Source of the DNA: Cyanophora paradoxa CCMP329
Lineage: Eukaryota; Plantae; Glaucophyta
DNA: 64,000 nucleotides
Assembly: GCA_004431415.1 (NCBI GenBank)
Contig: QPMI01000085.1
Span: 124,001 to 188,000 of the forward strand
Direction of reading: 5' to 3'
Both the position numbers and the translations under genes were made by a program. Under the pieces are notes generated by a model. The model did not search any database. It was not told the origin of the DNA and saw only the letters and a list, made by a program, of their open reading frames with translations. Position 1 is the stretch's first letter. Every line of letters begins with the position of its first letter. Shown here in pieces: positions 13,110 to 30,578 of the stretch.

Positions 13110-15582
13110 ATGGCTGGGACGGGAGAATCCTGGATGTCAGGTAAGCTTCTTGCCCGCGTTCGCTTCGCTGGTCTCTGCTTTCCCGTCCGAGACCTTAGCG
13201 CTGACACCTTGCTCTCGCAGGTCTCACTGTCTCCGGGAGGATCACTCCGCAAATACAAGGCGCCGATGCGGCCGCGTTCGAAGCTCCGCCGAGCGCGGCG
13301 GCGGATGGAGAGGGCGGGAAGATGACGCGCAACTTCTCCAACATGTGCGCATGCCGTCTCTCCGCGCGCGCTCGACCGATTGGCGAGCGGGCCTGAACTC
13401 GACGTGCAGGTACTTCTCTTCGTACGGGCAGGACGAAGAGGAGGCCGCGGCGCAGGTTGCACGGGTCGAGTCGCTGGCGGCCCTCGCGGGCATGAAGAAG
13501 AAAAAGGAGAAGCGCGTGCGGATGCGCATCCCGACAGAGGCGAGCGGGCTGGGGGCGGGGCGGGTCTCGCGGGGGCGCTGACGGGCGGGGCAGCTCAAGC
13601 AGTACCTGCCGAAGGTGCGGCGGGAGGTGCTGGACACGAACACGGACGACTGGGTGGTGGACCCATCCTCCAACAAGACCCTCGTCATGGACTACGTCGT
13701 CACCGAGGACGACGCCAAGCTCGGGTCCGCCCCGCCCCGCCCTGCCCCGCCCCGCCCCGCCCCGCCCCGCCCGGCCCCGCCCCGCCCCGGGCCGATGCCG
13801 GCGGTGCTAGGCCCATCTGCTTCGTCACGCCCGAGCTGGGCAAGTGGTCGACCGTGGGCGGTGCGTGGCGGGGCCGGCCTGGGGCGGGGAGCGGGCGGGG
13901 CGCTGAGGGGCCGGGCAGGGCTCGGGGTGATGGTGGACGAGCTGAGCCAGATGCTCGCTGAGTTCGGCGAGGAGGTCGTCGTCGTCACCCCCTACTACAA
14001 CTGGAACCGCAAGGGCGAGACAAACTACCTCTGGCACGACAACATCCGTGCGCGCCCCGTCCGCGCCCCGCCGGGCGCGCGGCCGACGCCAGCGGGGCGG
14101 GGGGCAGACCACAAGTTCAACATCGAGATCTGGGTGGGCTCGCAGTGCCACACCTGCGGCATCCACGAAGGCACCGTCAAGGGCGTCCGCATCATCTTCA
14201 TCCACAACCCCGAGTTCTTCCCCACCCGTGCGCACCCCCGCCCGGGCCCGCCCCTCCCCGCCCTGCGCTAGGCAGGGGGTGGGGGGGTGCGAGGAAAGCG
14301 AGAGGCGCGGGCCCGGGGGAACGCGGGGGCGGGGCGTGAGGCGGGGCGGGGCGCAGCGTACCCGTCGGGGGCGAAGTGGTTCAAGGTGCGGATGATGGCG
14401 CTCTTCGCGCGGGCGACGCTGCAGGCCCTCTGCTCCCTCGCCCTCATCCCCGCCGTCATCACCACCAACGGCCCGCCCCCGCCCCGCCCCGCCCCGCCCG
14501 CCCGGCCCGCGCTGAGGCGGCGCAGACTGGTTCACGGGCCTCGTGCCGGCGTACGCGAAGAAGGGCTTCTTCGGGGACACCTTCAACGTGCGCCCCCACC
14601 GCCTCGGGCCGGGGCGGGGCGGGGCGGGGCGGGGCCGACGGCGCTGGGGCCAGGGGACGACGTTCATGCACATCGTGCACAACCTGGAGCCGAGCTACGA
14701 GGGGCGCGTCTACATCGACGCGAACGAGAGCCGCCTCGGGGACATCCACGGCCTCGAGGAGTGGCTCCTCATCGACCCCAAGTGGGAGGGCATCGTCATC
14801 AACCCCTGTCCGCCCCGCCCCACCCCCGCCCCGCCCCGCCCCGCCCCGCCCCGCCCCGCCGGGCCCGCGCGTAGCGGCCCTGACGCGCCGCAGCGCGCTG
14901 CGCGTTCATCATGAGCAACACGTGGGGCACCGTGAGCCCGAGCTACCGGTGCGCCGCGTCGCCGCGCCCCCGCCCCGAGGCGGTGAGGTGAGGGGGCGGC
15001 AGGTGGGACCTGATGCACGGCGGGTCGCCCCTCGGGGAGCTCATGTGGAAGCACTTCTTCCCCTTCGCCTTCCCCAACGGTCCGCCCCCGCCCCCGCCGC
15101 CTCCGCTGCGGGGCGGGGGCCGAGGGCGGGGCGCAGGGGTGCCGGTGGAGATCCGGCGGCGGCAGCTGCGGGACCGGTGCGGGACGGAGTCGCACGACGT
15201 CGCCAAGGCCATCCTCCAGGAGCGCTACTTCCACCGCGGCGCGTCGGCCCGCCCCGCCCCCTGCCCGCGCCGCGCCCGCTGAGGGCGGCGCAGTGGACCC
15301 GAAGACGCCTCTCTTCGCGTTCGTGGGGCGCATCGTCGAGCAGAAGGGCGTCCACCTCATCCTCAAGGCCGTCTGGGAGCTCGTCCGCCCGCCCCGCCCG
15401 CCCCGCCCTGCCCGGCCCCGTTCCGAGGGGGCGGGTGGGAGCAGGCGCACGAGTTCGGGGGCAAGATCCAGGTGCTGGTGGGCGGCAAGGTGAACTGGGA
15501 CGACGCGTACAGCGCCTCGTGCGGGCGCGAAATGAACCGCGCCTCCGGCACCATGCCCCAGATCTTCTGTCCGCCACTCCCG

Positions 15583-15624
<42 letters not shown>

Positions 15625-16172
15625 TCCGCCCGCCCCGCCCCGCCCGCCGTGGGCCGACGCGGCGCAGGGTCCGCCCCGAACGAGTTCTTCACGGACGGGC
15701 CGCTGGTCAACCTGGGCGCCGACTTCGGGCTCATGCCGTCCCTCTTCGAGCCGGGCGGCATCGTGCAGCACGAGTTCTTCGTGGCGGGGACGCCCGTGGT
15801 GGCGTTCAAGACGGGGGGCCTGAAGGACACGGTGTTCGAGTTCGATCCCGCGGCGCGGGCGGGGAACGGCTTCACCTTCGAGTCGCACAACGCGGGGGAC
15901 CTGAAGGCGGCGATGCACCGCGCCTGCCGCGTCTTCCACGTGCCTGACCAGTACGAGACGCTGCGGCGCAACGCCGCCACCTCCGTCATCGACGTCCGCA
16001 CCGTCGCCTGGGCCTGGCTCGGCGACTTCTACCGCAAGTGCGCCCCCCCCCCCCGCCCCGCGCCCCTCCGCCCCCGCAGACCGGCCCCGCCTGACGCGCC
16101 GGCAGCCGGGGGCGGGAGGACGACTACGAGAAGCGCACCGTCCGCGAGGGCGGGGAGCGGACCGACCTCTGA
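13110..16172 (+). CDS. GT5 starch/glycogen synthase, eukaryotic (probably UDP-glucose, cytosolic) type, multi-exon
   Basis: ICFVTPELGKWSTVGGLGVMVDEL, TTNDWFTGLVP, FAFVGRIVEQKG, DFGLMPSLFEPGGIVQHEFFVAGTPVVAFKTGGLKDTV; no obvious transit peptide. Confidence 0.9.
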
Positions 16173-16854
16173 GCGCCGGCCCCGCCCCGCCCCCCTCCCC
16201 CCTTTCCATTTCCCTTCGAATTCGCTTGCCTTTTTTCAACCGCGCGGCCCGCCGCGCCCGCCCGCTTCGGCGGGCGCGCGGGCCGCGTTTTTGCGTCGAT
16301 TCCGTCGGGTCCGGGTTTTTCGGTGTAGAGTGCAGCTGTAAGTACGCATGTTGTTCAACGCGTTATTCATTTCAAGAACGCTTCCCTCTAGTGCGGCCCT
16401 TGCCTTCGGTCGAGTGCGGCCCTTGCAAAATTGCCTTCTGACACCCGGCGGCCGCCTGAGGCTCAGCCGCTCCACCATGGCCATGCGCATGCCATGATGA
16501 GGCCCTGAGGCCGTATAGCGGACTCCGGGAGAACGATCAATGCAACCGCGGCTCCGCGGGCCGCGGAGCATTCACTGAGTCAGATCATGCATAATTATGC
16601 ATGATCTGACTCAGTGATCCTGCCGCGCGACCTCAAAGCACTTATTGTAGAGGCCTGAGCTGAAAATAAGCTGGCCATGGCCACCGTGGCACCGCGCGCC
16701 GGCGCGATCTGGCCACTCACGTGAAATCAAAATCAAATTCCGCCTGCTGTGCACGCGGAGACGCTATTTAATTTACATCCTGGCCCACGTGCGCGTGGCC
16801 GTGGCGCGGGCGCTGGCTACTTCAATTTTAGGGGGCCCGGGCTTAGGCCCGGGC

Positions 16855-18839
16855 TTAGGCCCGGGACGGAGGCGGGGAGCGGGAGGGTCGCCCGGCCGGG
16901 CGGGAGGCGCGCGGCGCGGGCTTCTGGCACGTCGCCGCGCCGCCGGCCGCGGCAGGGGCGGCGGGGAGGTCGCGGAGGGGCGCCGCGAGGCGGGCGGACC
17001 AGGCGCAGGCGCCGCCCTCGCCGGGGCGGCACTCGAAGTCGACCTCGGCGAGGAGGCCGCCCGCCCCCGCCGGCGCCTCCAGCTCCACCCCGGGCTCCTC
17101 CGCGGGCCCTCCCGCCCGCCCCGCCACCGGCCGCAGCGCCACCGCCACCCGCACCGCCTCGCCCCGCTCCACCTGCCGCCTCCGCCCCGTGAGGGGCGCC
17201 CCGGCGCGGGCGGCTTCGGAAGGGGCTGCGCACGGAGAAGGAGGCGCGGAACGGCGGGGCGTCGAGGCGGGCGTCGAGGAGGGGGCGGCCCCCGGCGCCG
17301 CCCGCCCGCACCCGCGCCCCCGAGAAGTTGTACGGCACCTCCCCGCCGACCTCCACCTGCCGCCCGTCTCGAGCGCCGGCGGGGGCGGCGGGGGGAGCGG
17401 GCGCGGCGCGGGCCTGGAGGCGGTCGGCGGGTGCGGGGCCGGGGCCGGGGAGGCGGCGGAGGCGGAGGTGGACGCGCTTGCGCATGACGAAGGCGGGGAC
17501 GTCGAGGGCGAGGCGGGCGGCGAGAAGCTCCAGGACGCGGTCCGAGCGCCCGTGCACCACCAGCGCCGCCGCCCCGTCCGCCGGCGTCGCCTGCAGGTTC
17601 ACCACCACGAACTGCCCGCGAGCCGCCCCGTCAGCCGCGAGGGCGTGGCGGGCGGGCGGGCGGGGCGGGCCTGCTTGGCGAGGCGGGGGAGGTCGCAGGC
17701 GGGGGTGACCCGCATGGACGACCCGACGACGAGCACGAGGTCGCTCTGCCGGCACCGCGCCTCCGCCCGCCGCAGCGCCCCCTCCGGCAGGCCCTCCCCC
17801 TGCCCCGCCCCTCGGCCCCCGCTCCCGGCGCGCAGGGCGGGCCGCGCGCGGGGCGCGGGGCGCACGAAGTTGATGATGGTGTCGCGAAGGGGCCCGCGGC
17901 AGGCGGGGTTGTCGCAGGCGCGGCCCGTGCGGTGCTCGTGCACCGACGCCGCGTTCCGAACACGAAACTCCCGCAGGTACTCCGCCCCGCACCGCTCGCA
18001 CGCCTCTGCCCGCCCGGACCGCGACCGTAAGCCCGCGCCGCGCCGGGGGCGCTGGCTTCGGAGGTTTAAGCGAGGCACGGGCGGACCGATGCGGCCGTTG
18101 CCATGCAGCTCGCTGAGGCGATCCGGCGCGATGCCGGAGAAGCGGTGCAGGCCGTCCGTGTTCTGGCTCACCAGGTACTGCGCGGCGCCCTCACGTGAGC
18201 ATGGGGACGAGCTCGTCCGGCCCCCGCACCCGCACGGCCTTCAATCCGCGCACCTTCATGATCCCTGCGTTTTGGAGCGCCACGAGAGCCATGTGCGCTT
18301 TAGTTGGCCAGAGCTATCCCCGAATTTCAGCGCTGGAGGTGGCGAGGCATGCGCATAGGGCGGCTGCAGCTGACAGACCTTTGCTGGAAGCGCTCTATTG
18401 ACTTTAATGCCGCGGTCACGAAGCGTCCACACCCCTCTGCAGCGCCCACGTGAGCGCGACCGCGTCGTTCGACAGATGGGCCGGCCGCGGCCGGCGCTCG
18501 CGCGCGCGGCCCTCGTGGCGGCCCCGGGGGACTCACTGAGGTCCGCGAAAGTCCGGAATGCCAGCGCTCGTGCTTATGCCAGCCCCCGTAAACGCCACGA
18601 AGTGCTGCCTAACGTTCAAAATGGAGTCGGCGCGCGCGAGGAATTGCAACGAAACCTCAAGAAAGCGAACACCCTCGCGGCCTTGATCATCGCAGCCAGC
18701 CGATCCACCTTGGCCTCGAGCGTCGGCGCATCGTCCTCCCACTCGACAAGCTCCTGCACATGCGTGTGTAAGCCAAAAAGCTTTAGCACGCATGCGCAGG
18801 GCTGCGCTGCACCTCGTCGGTTCCGCTTAGCCTCGGCAT
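16855..18839 (-). CDS. NAD-dependent sirtuin, class IV (SIRT6/SRT1-like), multi-exon
   Basis: FTGAGISTSAGIPDFRGP, SQNTDGLH, ELHGN, CxxC...CxxxxC zinc ribbon, LRDTIINFGE, VVGSSMRVTPA, VNLQATP. Confidence 0.9.
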
Positions 18840-19255
18840 TTTGGAAAAGTTGGTACGTACACAACGCGTACAGGTGAGCGCCTTGAAGCAACGCGTACGA
18901 TGGACAAGCACAGTTTCGAGCGTCGAATGCTGGCAGCGCTAGGACGCGGGCAGGGCGTTTACATTTCAGCAGATCAAGCGCATATGCGTAGGAGCTCGAG
19001 CTCAAGCTTAGATTACCGGTTCAAACGAAGCTCAGGCTCAGGACAGGCTGGATCGTGGGGGTACGGCGACGCTTAAACTTGGCCTCCGCGCACTGCGCAT
19101 GCGGCAGAGCTAGCGCTCGAGCTGCAGCTGCAGCTGGCACACGCGAGTACGCGGCCCGCGTCTAAATCTAGAGAGTGATATCTTGCAAAACTGAATATAG
19201 CTGTACGATTCAAAAAATCAAATTAAACTTGCAAATGAAATTGAAAGTGCTGCGC

Positions 19256-20509
19256 CTACTGCTTCTTGCGGAGGCGGAAGAGGTGGACTGAGCTGCAGAG
19301 GGCGGTACGGGCGACGAGGTCGTTGCTGAGGTGGCTCACGTCGAAGCTCTCCTCGAGGAAGCGGATGAAGAGCTCAGCTGCACGCCCCCCCCCCCAGCCG
19401 GGGGCGTAAGCAATTTAACACGCAGCTAAGCCACCCCCGCCCTGCCCTGCAGCAAGCCAAGGCGCACGCGGGATAATTTCCCCTTCCTCCGTCTGCAACG
19501 TGCGCCACCTGCAATGTTTTGCAAGCAGAGCGCTTGCGTGAGTCGGGAGCGAGCTTTGTCAAATTAAAGGGCCTCTGGCGCACCTGTAAGCGAGCAGTAT
19601 GACTGTATCAGGCCCGCTGAGGTCGCAGAATGTCTGCACAAGTGGAACGAAGCTTGCCCGCTCATAGACTGAGGCCATACGCGCGCGTCACGCCAGGGCC
19701 AGGGCGAGAATCAGAAAGTAGAGATCAAAAGGCGCACCGAGATCGCTTGCGAGCACGTAGTCAAAAGGAGGCTCCAGGCCGTCCGCCGCCTGGCCCCTGC
19801 CGCGCAGCAGCATCGAAGGCTAGCGCTGCTAGCTATAACCGACCCGCCACGAAGCGCGCACCAAGTGAGCTCGACACAGCGCGCATTCGTGTCAGGCGGA
19901 AGATTTGACTGGACATTCTGCTGGAGAAGGGGTAGCTGCTTTTTTTGATCCGTCAGGGTGACTTGCGCCCCTGCGTGCACGAGTGCAAACGGGGCATTAG
20001 TTAGGACGTGCACAACATGTACAGCGCAAACAGATGCAGGGACCGGCACCTAAGAGAGCACACGTGATACCGACAAGACCTGCGGTTTCATAGGATTCAT
20101 TCTTTTAGAGACAGCCAATATTAATCGTTTACGGATGCCACGTACCGAGACCGGCGCCAACTTCCACCACTCGTTTGTCTTTCCAATGCCCCTCCTTGAA
20201 GAGGCTCTTGTTCTCGATCAGGGACGAAAGCGCTTCTGAAGCCTCCCAGACAATTGATCCTGCAGCCGCGGCTCGAGACCGAGGGGCGTGCGCGTACGTG
20301 TACGCAAGCTGCAGCAAGCTCGGACTTCGCACCTGTGAGCCCTTCTGCCGCAAGTTCAGGCCACTCGTCCAGTCTGCAGCGAATATTAGCATTGCAGAGA
20401 AAACGCTGTGCGTGCGGGCGCACTTGATCGTCCTCGTTTGCCGACGCACGGAGTGCTGCCGAGTAGGCAGGACATTCGACGGAGGATTTGGGCCTTCAAG
20501 CGTGGCCAT
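19256..20509 (-). CDS. METTL21-like (Methyltransf_16) protein-lysine methyltransferase, multi-exon
   Basis: GSIVWEASEAL, KRVVEVGAG, VTLTDQ...LLQQNVQSN...VELTW. Confidence 0.8.
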
Positions 20510-20768
20510 AGATAGCGCTATAGAGCGCAGACTACCGCCCGAGCTGCAAAGCTGCCGGCTGGCACGACAGCCCGAGCTGCAGAGCTGCCGGCGGCGGCTG
20601 GCACGAACAGATCGCTGCTGAGCTGGAGGGACGGCTGCTGCGCTGGAGGCAAGGCTATTGCGCTAGCTGTTCCGGCTGCTTTCCACGATGCCAGGGGCGC
20701 TATATCTAAGAGGGACGCCCGCAAGAGAAACGCAAAGGGGGAAGAAGCGTGTAGAGGGTACGCAGGAA

Positions 20769-22368
20769 ATGTTCGCAAGCGGCGCTGTTGTGCGCCCGGG
20801 CGAGAGTCGCTCCGTGCGACTCAACTCGGCCTCGCGCTGTGCGCTCCCTCGCGGGTTTCTCGGTGAGACGGTCACGGCGAGCCGCCCGTCCGCGCTGTGT
20901 GCGACCGGCGTGCCCGCAAAGCGAGGCCAGCAGTCCTCGAGCCACGCGAGGCCTAGCTTCACCGTCACCGCGTCCGCCGAGCCGAACAGTGCGCGATCAG
21001 AGAGATCCGTCCGCGCGCCGAGTTCACCAAAGCCGCCTCCCGCCGGCAGATGCTAGCTCGACGTGCCCCCAGAACATCGAACAGTTCTCCAAGAGCTCCG
21101 ATCCCGGTCGCGGCGTGGCCAAGCGCATCATCCCCTGCCTCGACGTGAAGGACGGCCGCGTCGTCAAGGGCGTGAACTTCGTCAACCTGCGCGACGCCGG
21201 GTCAGCACGCCAGAACTGGGAGAGGCTGCGCGCGGCTGACGCGCCGCGCAGGGACCCGGTGGAGCAGGCGAAGATCTACAACGACGAGGGCGCCGATGAG
21301 CTCGTCTTCCTCGACATCTCGGCGACCCCAGCGGGGCACAAGACCACCGTCGACATGGTCCGGAAGTGAGCGAGCCCGGTCCGCCGCGCGCCGCGCTGGC
21401 CCCGACGCGGGGCGGCGCAGGGTCGGGGAGCAGCTCTTCCTGCCCCTGACCGTCGGGGGCGGCATCCGCACTGTGGAGGACATGCGCGAGACGCTCCTCG
21501 CCGGCGCCGACAAGGTCCGCCACCGCGGACGCGGCCGACCGCGCGGCGGCGCGGCGGGCGGGCGGGGGCCGACGCGGCGCAGGTGGGGATCAACTCGGCG
21601 GCGGTGAAGGACCCGAGCCTCCTCTCGCGCGGGGCGGACATGTTCGGCAGCCAGTGCATCGTCCTCGCCATCGACGCCAAGCTCCGCAAGGGTGCCCCCG
21701 CCCCGCCGGCCCCGCCAGCCCCGCTGAGCCCGGTGGGGGCAGACGAGGGCTGGTGGGAGGTGTACGTGGCGGGCGGGCGCACGCCGACGGGCATCGACGC
21801 CGTCGAGTGGGCCATCAAGGGCGTCGAGCTCGGCGCCGGCGAGGTCCGCCCCGCGCCGGCCCCCGCCCCGCCCCGCCCCGCGCGAGTCGGCGGCAGATCC
21901 TGCTGACGAGCATGGACGCCGACGGGACGCTCGCCGGCTTCGACCTGCCCCTCACCCGCGCCATCGCCGACGCCATCGAGGCCCGCCGCCCGGCCCCGGC
22001 CCCGGCCCGGCCCCGGCCCCGGCCCCGCGCTCGCCGACGGCCCCCGCAGGTCCCCGTCATCGCCAGCGGCGGCGCCGGCAACATGCAGGTGCGGCCCCCA
22101 CGCCATCACCCCCCGGGGGGCCTGGCCGGCCCGGCCCGACGGGGCGCAGCACTTCGTGGACGCGGTGACGGTTGGCGGGGCGGACGCCGCCCTCGCCGCC
22201 AGCCTCTTCCACGACAAGAAGCTCACCATCGGTGCGCCTCGCCAGGCCGCGGGGCCCCCGGGGCGGGGCGGGGCCGGCGCTGAGGGCGGGGCAGGGGACG
22301 TGAAGAAGTACATGGCCGACGCCGGCGTCCGCGTCCGGCCCGCCTCCCTCGCCGACTACATCTCCTAG
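20769..22368 (+). CDS. hisF: Imidazole glycerol phosphate synthase cyclase subunit, stand-alone, with plastid transit peptide
   Basis: [77 protein letters not shown]; Ser/Arg-rich MFAS... extension. Confidence 0.93.
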
Positions 22369-22684
22369 CCCGCCCCCCGCCCCCGGCGCACCCCCTCCCC
22401 GCCCCGCCCCGAACACCTCATCCGAAATACTTTCGAAATCCTATTCCGACGCAAACATAACGCCGTGTATCTAAACAGCGAAGCGAGACTATGTGCACGC
22501 ATCTAGTGGATGAAAGTGCCGGGGGGCCGAGGGGCAGGCGGCGATGGGAAGGCGAGGGGGAGAGGGGGAGATGTAGACGCGCGGGCAGGGAGCGGAAGTT
22601 GGTGTCATCGGGGGAGCTTCTGGAGGGTCGAGTTGGTGCCCCGCCCCGCCGAGCTCTGCGCCTCTGTCAGCCGCGGCGCGAGGA

Positions 22685-26731
<4,047 letters not shown>

Positions 26732-28468
26732 CACTAAAGTGCCGCGGAAATGCTGCTAGAAGGGCCTCAGGTCATCGTTTGCTTTTCGGGCTCCTACCTG
26801 CCACCAGCCTCGCGTAACGGCCGAACCCAGCCTCGTGCTAGGCTGGGAGGCTAAGATCAGAGAGGTTTAGATGCCGAGGCCGGCTCGCGGCCCGAACGCA
26901 AGCCGACGCAGACGCCGGGGTACGTGACTCGACAAACAAGAGAGAGGCCAAATGAAAAGTTGCGAAGTTGAAAAAGCGATGTGGATCGGAAAAGCGATCC
27001 AGGACTGCGCGCCTGACCGGACCAACTTGGCAAGGGAGCTGTTGCCGGCAATTGCTGCTGTCCGCGCGCGTCTTCTCGAGCTCAGCGGCCTGAGGTCGGC
27101 CGATCGATCGAGGTGACCTGGGTCCGGAGGTACCGCGGTACCTACTAGCTTTAGCCGCTGAGCGGCGGTACTACCCGCGGGCCGGCGGACGGCCGGTGCA
27201 GAGTCACAGCAGACCGTGCAGTACCATACTACCGTAGTACGATAATAGTTCTCACTGCGGCATGCATATATGTGCGCGCGCGCCGCGGCGCGCGGGCCGG
27301 CGCCGACCGTCGGACGGCCCGGGCCGCGGCCCGCGGCCGTCGCCGGGCCGCGCGCCGGCGGGCGCCGCGGCCGCGCCCGGCGCCGGCGCCGGCCAGGCGC
27401 GGCGCGGTACAGTACCCAATGCATGTGATCATGAAGAGCGCTAGCTCTAGCATCCCGGAGTCCCCCGGCCCGCGGCCGGACGGATCCGGATCCCAGGATA
27501 TCGATCTCAACGTTTATATAATTAACTCAGTGACTCGGCGTAAAAACGCGGCAATATATATCGTATTTCGCGCGCGGCCCGGCCGGCTCGGCAGCCCGGC
27601 GGCAGGGCGTGCACGTGCGCACTACTAGGCTAGGACTGCGCATGGCACGGCCGCGCGCGGCCGCAAGCAGGCGACCGTCCGACGCGGCGATCGCGACGGT
27701 CGGACTGGAGCCTCGGAGTTGAGTCATGATCATGATCAGCGACCGTCCGACGGTCGGTCTGGAGTTCGCGGGTTGCGCTTACGGCTGCACATGCGCATGC
27801 GCTGGGGCGCGCGCTCGATCGCGACGTGTACGTATACGTACACGTCGTATTACGTACGTTATCCGATGCTTGCAATTGAGATATCTTGCGCACCCGATCG
27901 GCCGTGGGCCGGGGCTGAAGCACGGCCCCGGGCCCCCGGCCCCCCGGCCCAGCAGCAGCTGCAGCAGCTATTCAGAAAGAATTCTAGATCTGTAGCTAGT
28001 GGTCCGGGGCCGGATGGGACTGGAGGCTCTTTCGAGGTCGGGGGCACGACACCGTGACTGGTATACGTATACGTAGCCGCTGAGCTGCAGCGCGAGGTCC
28101 AACGCCGAGAGCCTCCGTGGGATTCAAAGATTCCCGCACCCTGGGGCCGGAGGGCGAATTTCGCGGTCGAAACTCATAATCAGGGGCCGTGAGGGCCTTG
28201 TTTTTGCCTGCATGCGCAGCTGAAAGGGGGATGTAAACTTGAAAACACGAAAATTAGAAAGCGGCAAGTTACTACACGCGTCTACGCGCTTGCTCCCGCT
28301 CTACGCGACTCGCAGGTGCACTATAGCTAGCTATAGATCTGCAGCTGCGGCATGGAGGGGCAGGACCGGAGGGCGGCGGGGCTGAGGACCGCAAAACCGG
28401 CGTCCCGCCGAACGTTAGCAAGAAAGTGCGCATGCGCACTGCGGCGCTTGGTCCCGCGCGGGTCCCAC

Positions 28469-28655
28469 GCGGATCATAAGCACCGTCGACGTCGGGTCTA
28501 GATCTTCGGACACGAGATCGCAGAAGACATCGAGCAGCGGCTCCACAGAGCACTCGGTTGCCACTGTCAGGCTGGCATCCAGTCTACGGCCCCGGGGCTC
28601 GCTCCGCGCCGCGGCGTCGCGTTGTCCGGATCCTGCGCTAGGTCGAAGTTGGCGG
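28469..28655 (+). repeat. Direct repeat copy 2 (degenerate duplicate of the DYRK 5' exon)
   Basis: Aligns with 26506-26667 with four short insertions. Confidence 0.9.
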
Positions 28656-28855
28656 CTGCACAACTTGCAACTTGCAATGCCGTGCACGATTCGGCATTCT
28701 CGGATTATAAAATGCACTTCGGCGACGCTGCACTCGCGGCGGGCAGGAAACTTCCTGTCGGGGAATTAAACCGAGCGGGGTACGGGTTCGTTGTTCTCGC
28801 TGCGGCGCACGCGTGGGGTCGAAGAAGGAGCTAGCAGATGGCAAAGTCAAACAGC

Positions 28856-30499
28856 ATGTCGGCCGGTTTCGCGGCTGCCGCCGTGGCGGCCCCGCGCACT
28901 CAGAAGCACAATATCGGCGCACGTGTGGTCGCCCGTGCGCAGACCCCGGCAGCTGTCGGCAGCTCGCAGGCTTCTCGGGCGTCTTCTTCGAGCTCCTCGG
29001 CTCGCAGCGCAGCCGCCAAGTCTCTCGGCTTCTTCGGCAGCGCGGCCTTCGACCGGGTCTCGTCGGTCAAGGGCCAGTTCTGCGCAAGCGATCTCGCGAG
29101 CCTCTCCAATGCCGCGAAAGAGGCCGTCGAGCTCCACGGCCTCCCCGTGATCCAGGCGGTTGCCGATCCATCATTCTCCGCGCCAAAGCGGCCGGGTCTC
29201 ATCCAGCACAAGAAGGAGGCGTACTGGTTCTACCGCTTCCTCTCCCTTGTTTACGGTGCGCCGCGCGCGCGCCCCGTCCCTGCGCGCGGTTGACCTGGCG
29301 CGCAGATGACTTCGTGAACCCGTTCCACTGGACCGTCGAGATGCGCGACGAGTCACTGGAGCTGGCCCAGCTGGACGGGCTTCGCGACAAGAACCCGGTG
29401 GTGGTTGACGTCGGCGGCGGCACCGGCTTCACCACCGAGGGCATCGTCAAGTACATCAACCCGGAGTGCGCCGCCCGCTCCCCGCCTTCCATTCCTTTCC
29501 TCAGGCGTCCGAACCGCTCGAAAGAAACGTGACGATCCTGGACCAGTCGCCGCACCAGCTGGCCAAGGCGCGCGAGAAGGCGGCGCTCCAGGGGTGCACC
29601 ATCATCGAGGGGGACGCGGAGGACCTGCCCTTCGAGACGGACAGCTGCGACCGCTACACCTCTGCCGGCAGCATCGAGTACTGGCCCGAGCCCCAGCGCG
29701 GCATCGCCGAGGCCTACCGCGTGGTCAAGCCCGTGCGCCCGACCCCGCCCTGCGCCCCGCGCGCCCCGCGCCCTGAGCCCCCGCAGGGCGGCGTCGCCAC
29801 CATCATCGGCCCCGTCCGCCCCACGAACTGGTTCTCCCGCTTCTGGGCAGACCTCTGGTGTGGCCGGCCCGCCGGCGGGAGCTAGGGCGGGGCGCGCTGA
29901 CGGGCCGCAGGATGCTCTTCCCGATGGAGGAGGAGTACCGGCAGTGGTACGAGGCGGCCGGCTTCACTGACATCAAGGTGCACCCCACCCCCCCGGGAGA
30001 AGAAGAGAGGGAGCGAGGGGCCGAGCGGCGGGGCGGCGCGCAGGTGAAGTACATCACGCCCAAGGCGTACAAGGGCATCCGCGAGCACGGCCTCATCATG
30101 GGCCTCACCATCTCCGGCGTCAAGCCCCAGGCCGGCCTCCCCAAGATCAAGTCCGGCCCCGCCCCGCTCTCGCCCAGCCCCCCCCGGGGGGCGACCGGCC
30201 GCGCAGGCTGGGCCCCAAGGCGGAGAAGCGCGTCGTGGAGGAGAAGGAGGAGAGCCTCGTGGACAAGATCCTCTTCCTCCCCAAGTGAGCGCCGGGCGCC
30301 GGCGGGGGCCGCGGGGCGGGGGCCGACGCGCGGGGCGCAGGTTCCTGCTCGGCTGCATCGCCGGCCTCTACTACGTCGTCCTGCCCCTCATCATCATCGC
30401 CTACGCCGCCCTCTTCGTGTCCGCACCGCCCCGCCCCGCCCCCTCCCGCCTCGCCCCGCCCGACGCCCCCGCAGCCGGGAGCCCAAGAAGTCGGCATAA
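28856..30499 (+). CDS. VTE3: MPBQ/MSBQ methyltransferase (tocopherol/plastoquinone synthesis), plastid-targeted, multi-exon
   Basis: IQHKKEAYWFYRFLS, VVDVGGGTGF, LDQSPHQLAKA, DRYTSAGSIEYWPEPQRGIAEAYRV, C-terminal TM; MSAGFAAA transit peptide (alternative ATG 28838). Confidence 0.93.
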
Positions 30500-30578
30500 A
30501 CACGGAGCGCGCCCGCCCTTCAGTTTTGCGCTAGAAGAATGTATTTCAATCTGCAGTATACGTAGCGTCGCTACTAGG

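Noticed and set aside
16836-16865. CCCGGGCTTAGG tandem resembling telomeric TTAGG
   Set aside because: Only about 2.5 copies at a stop codon; a local duplication.
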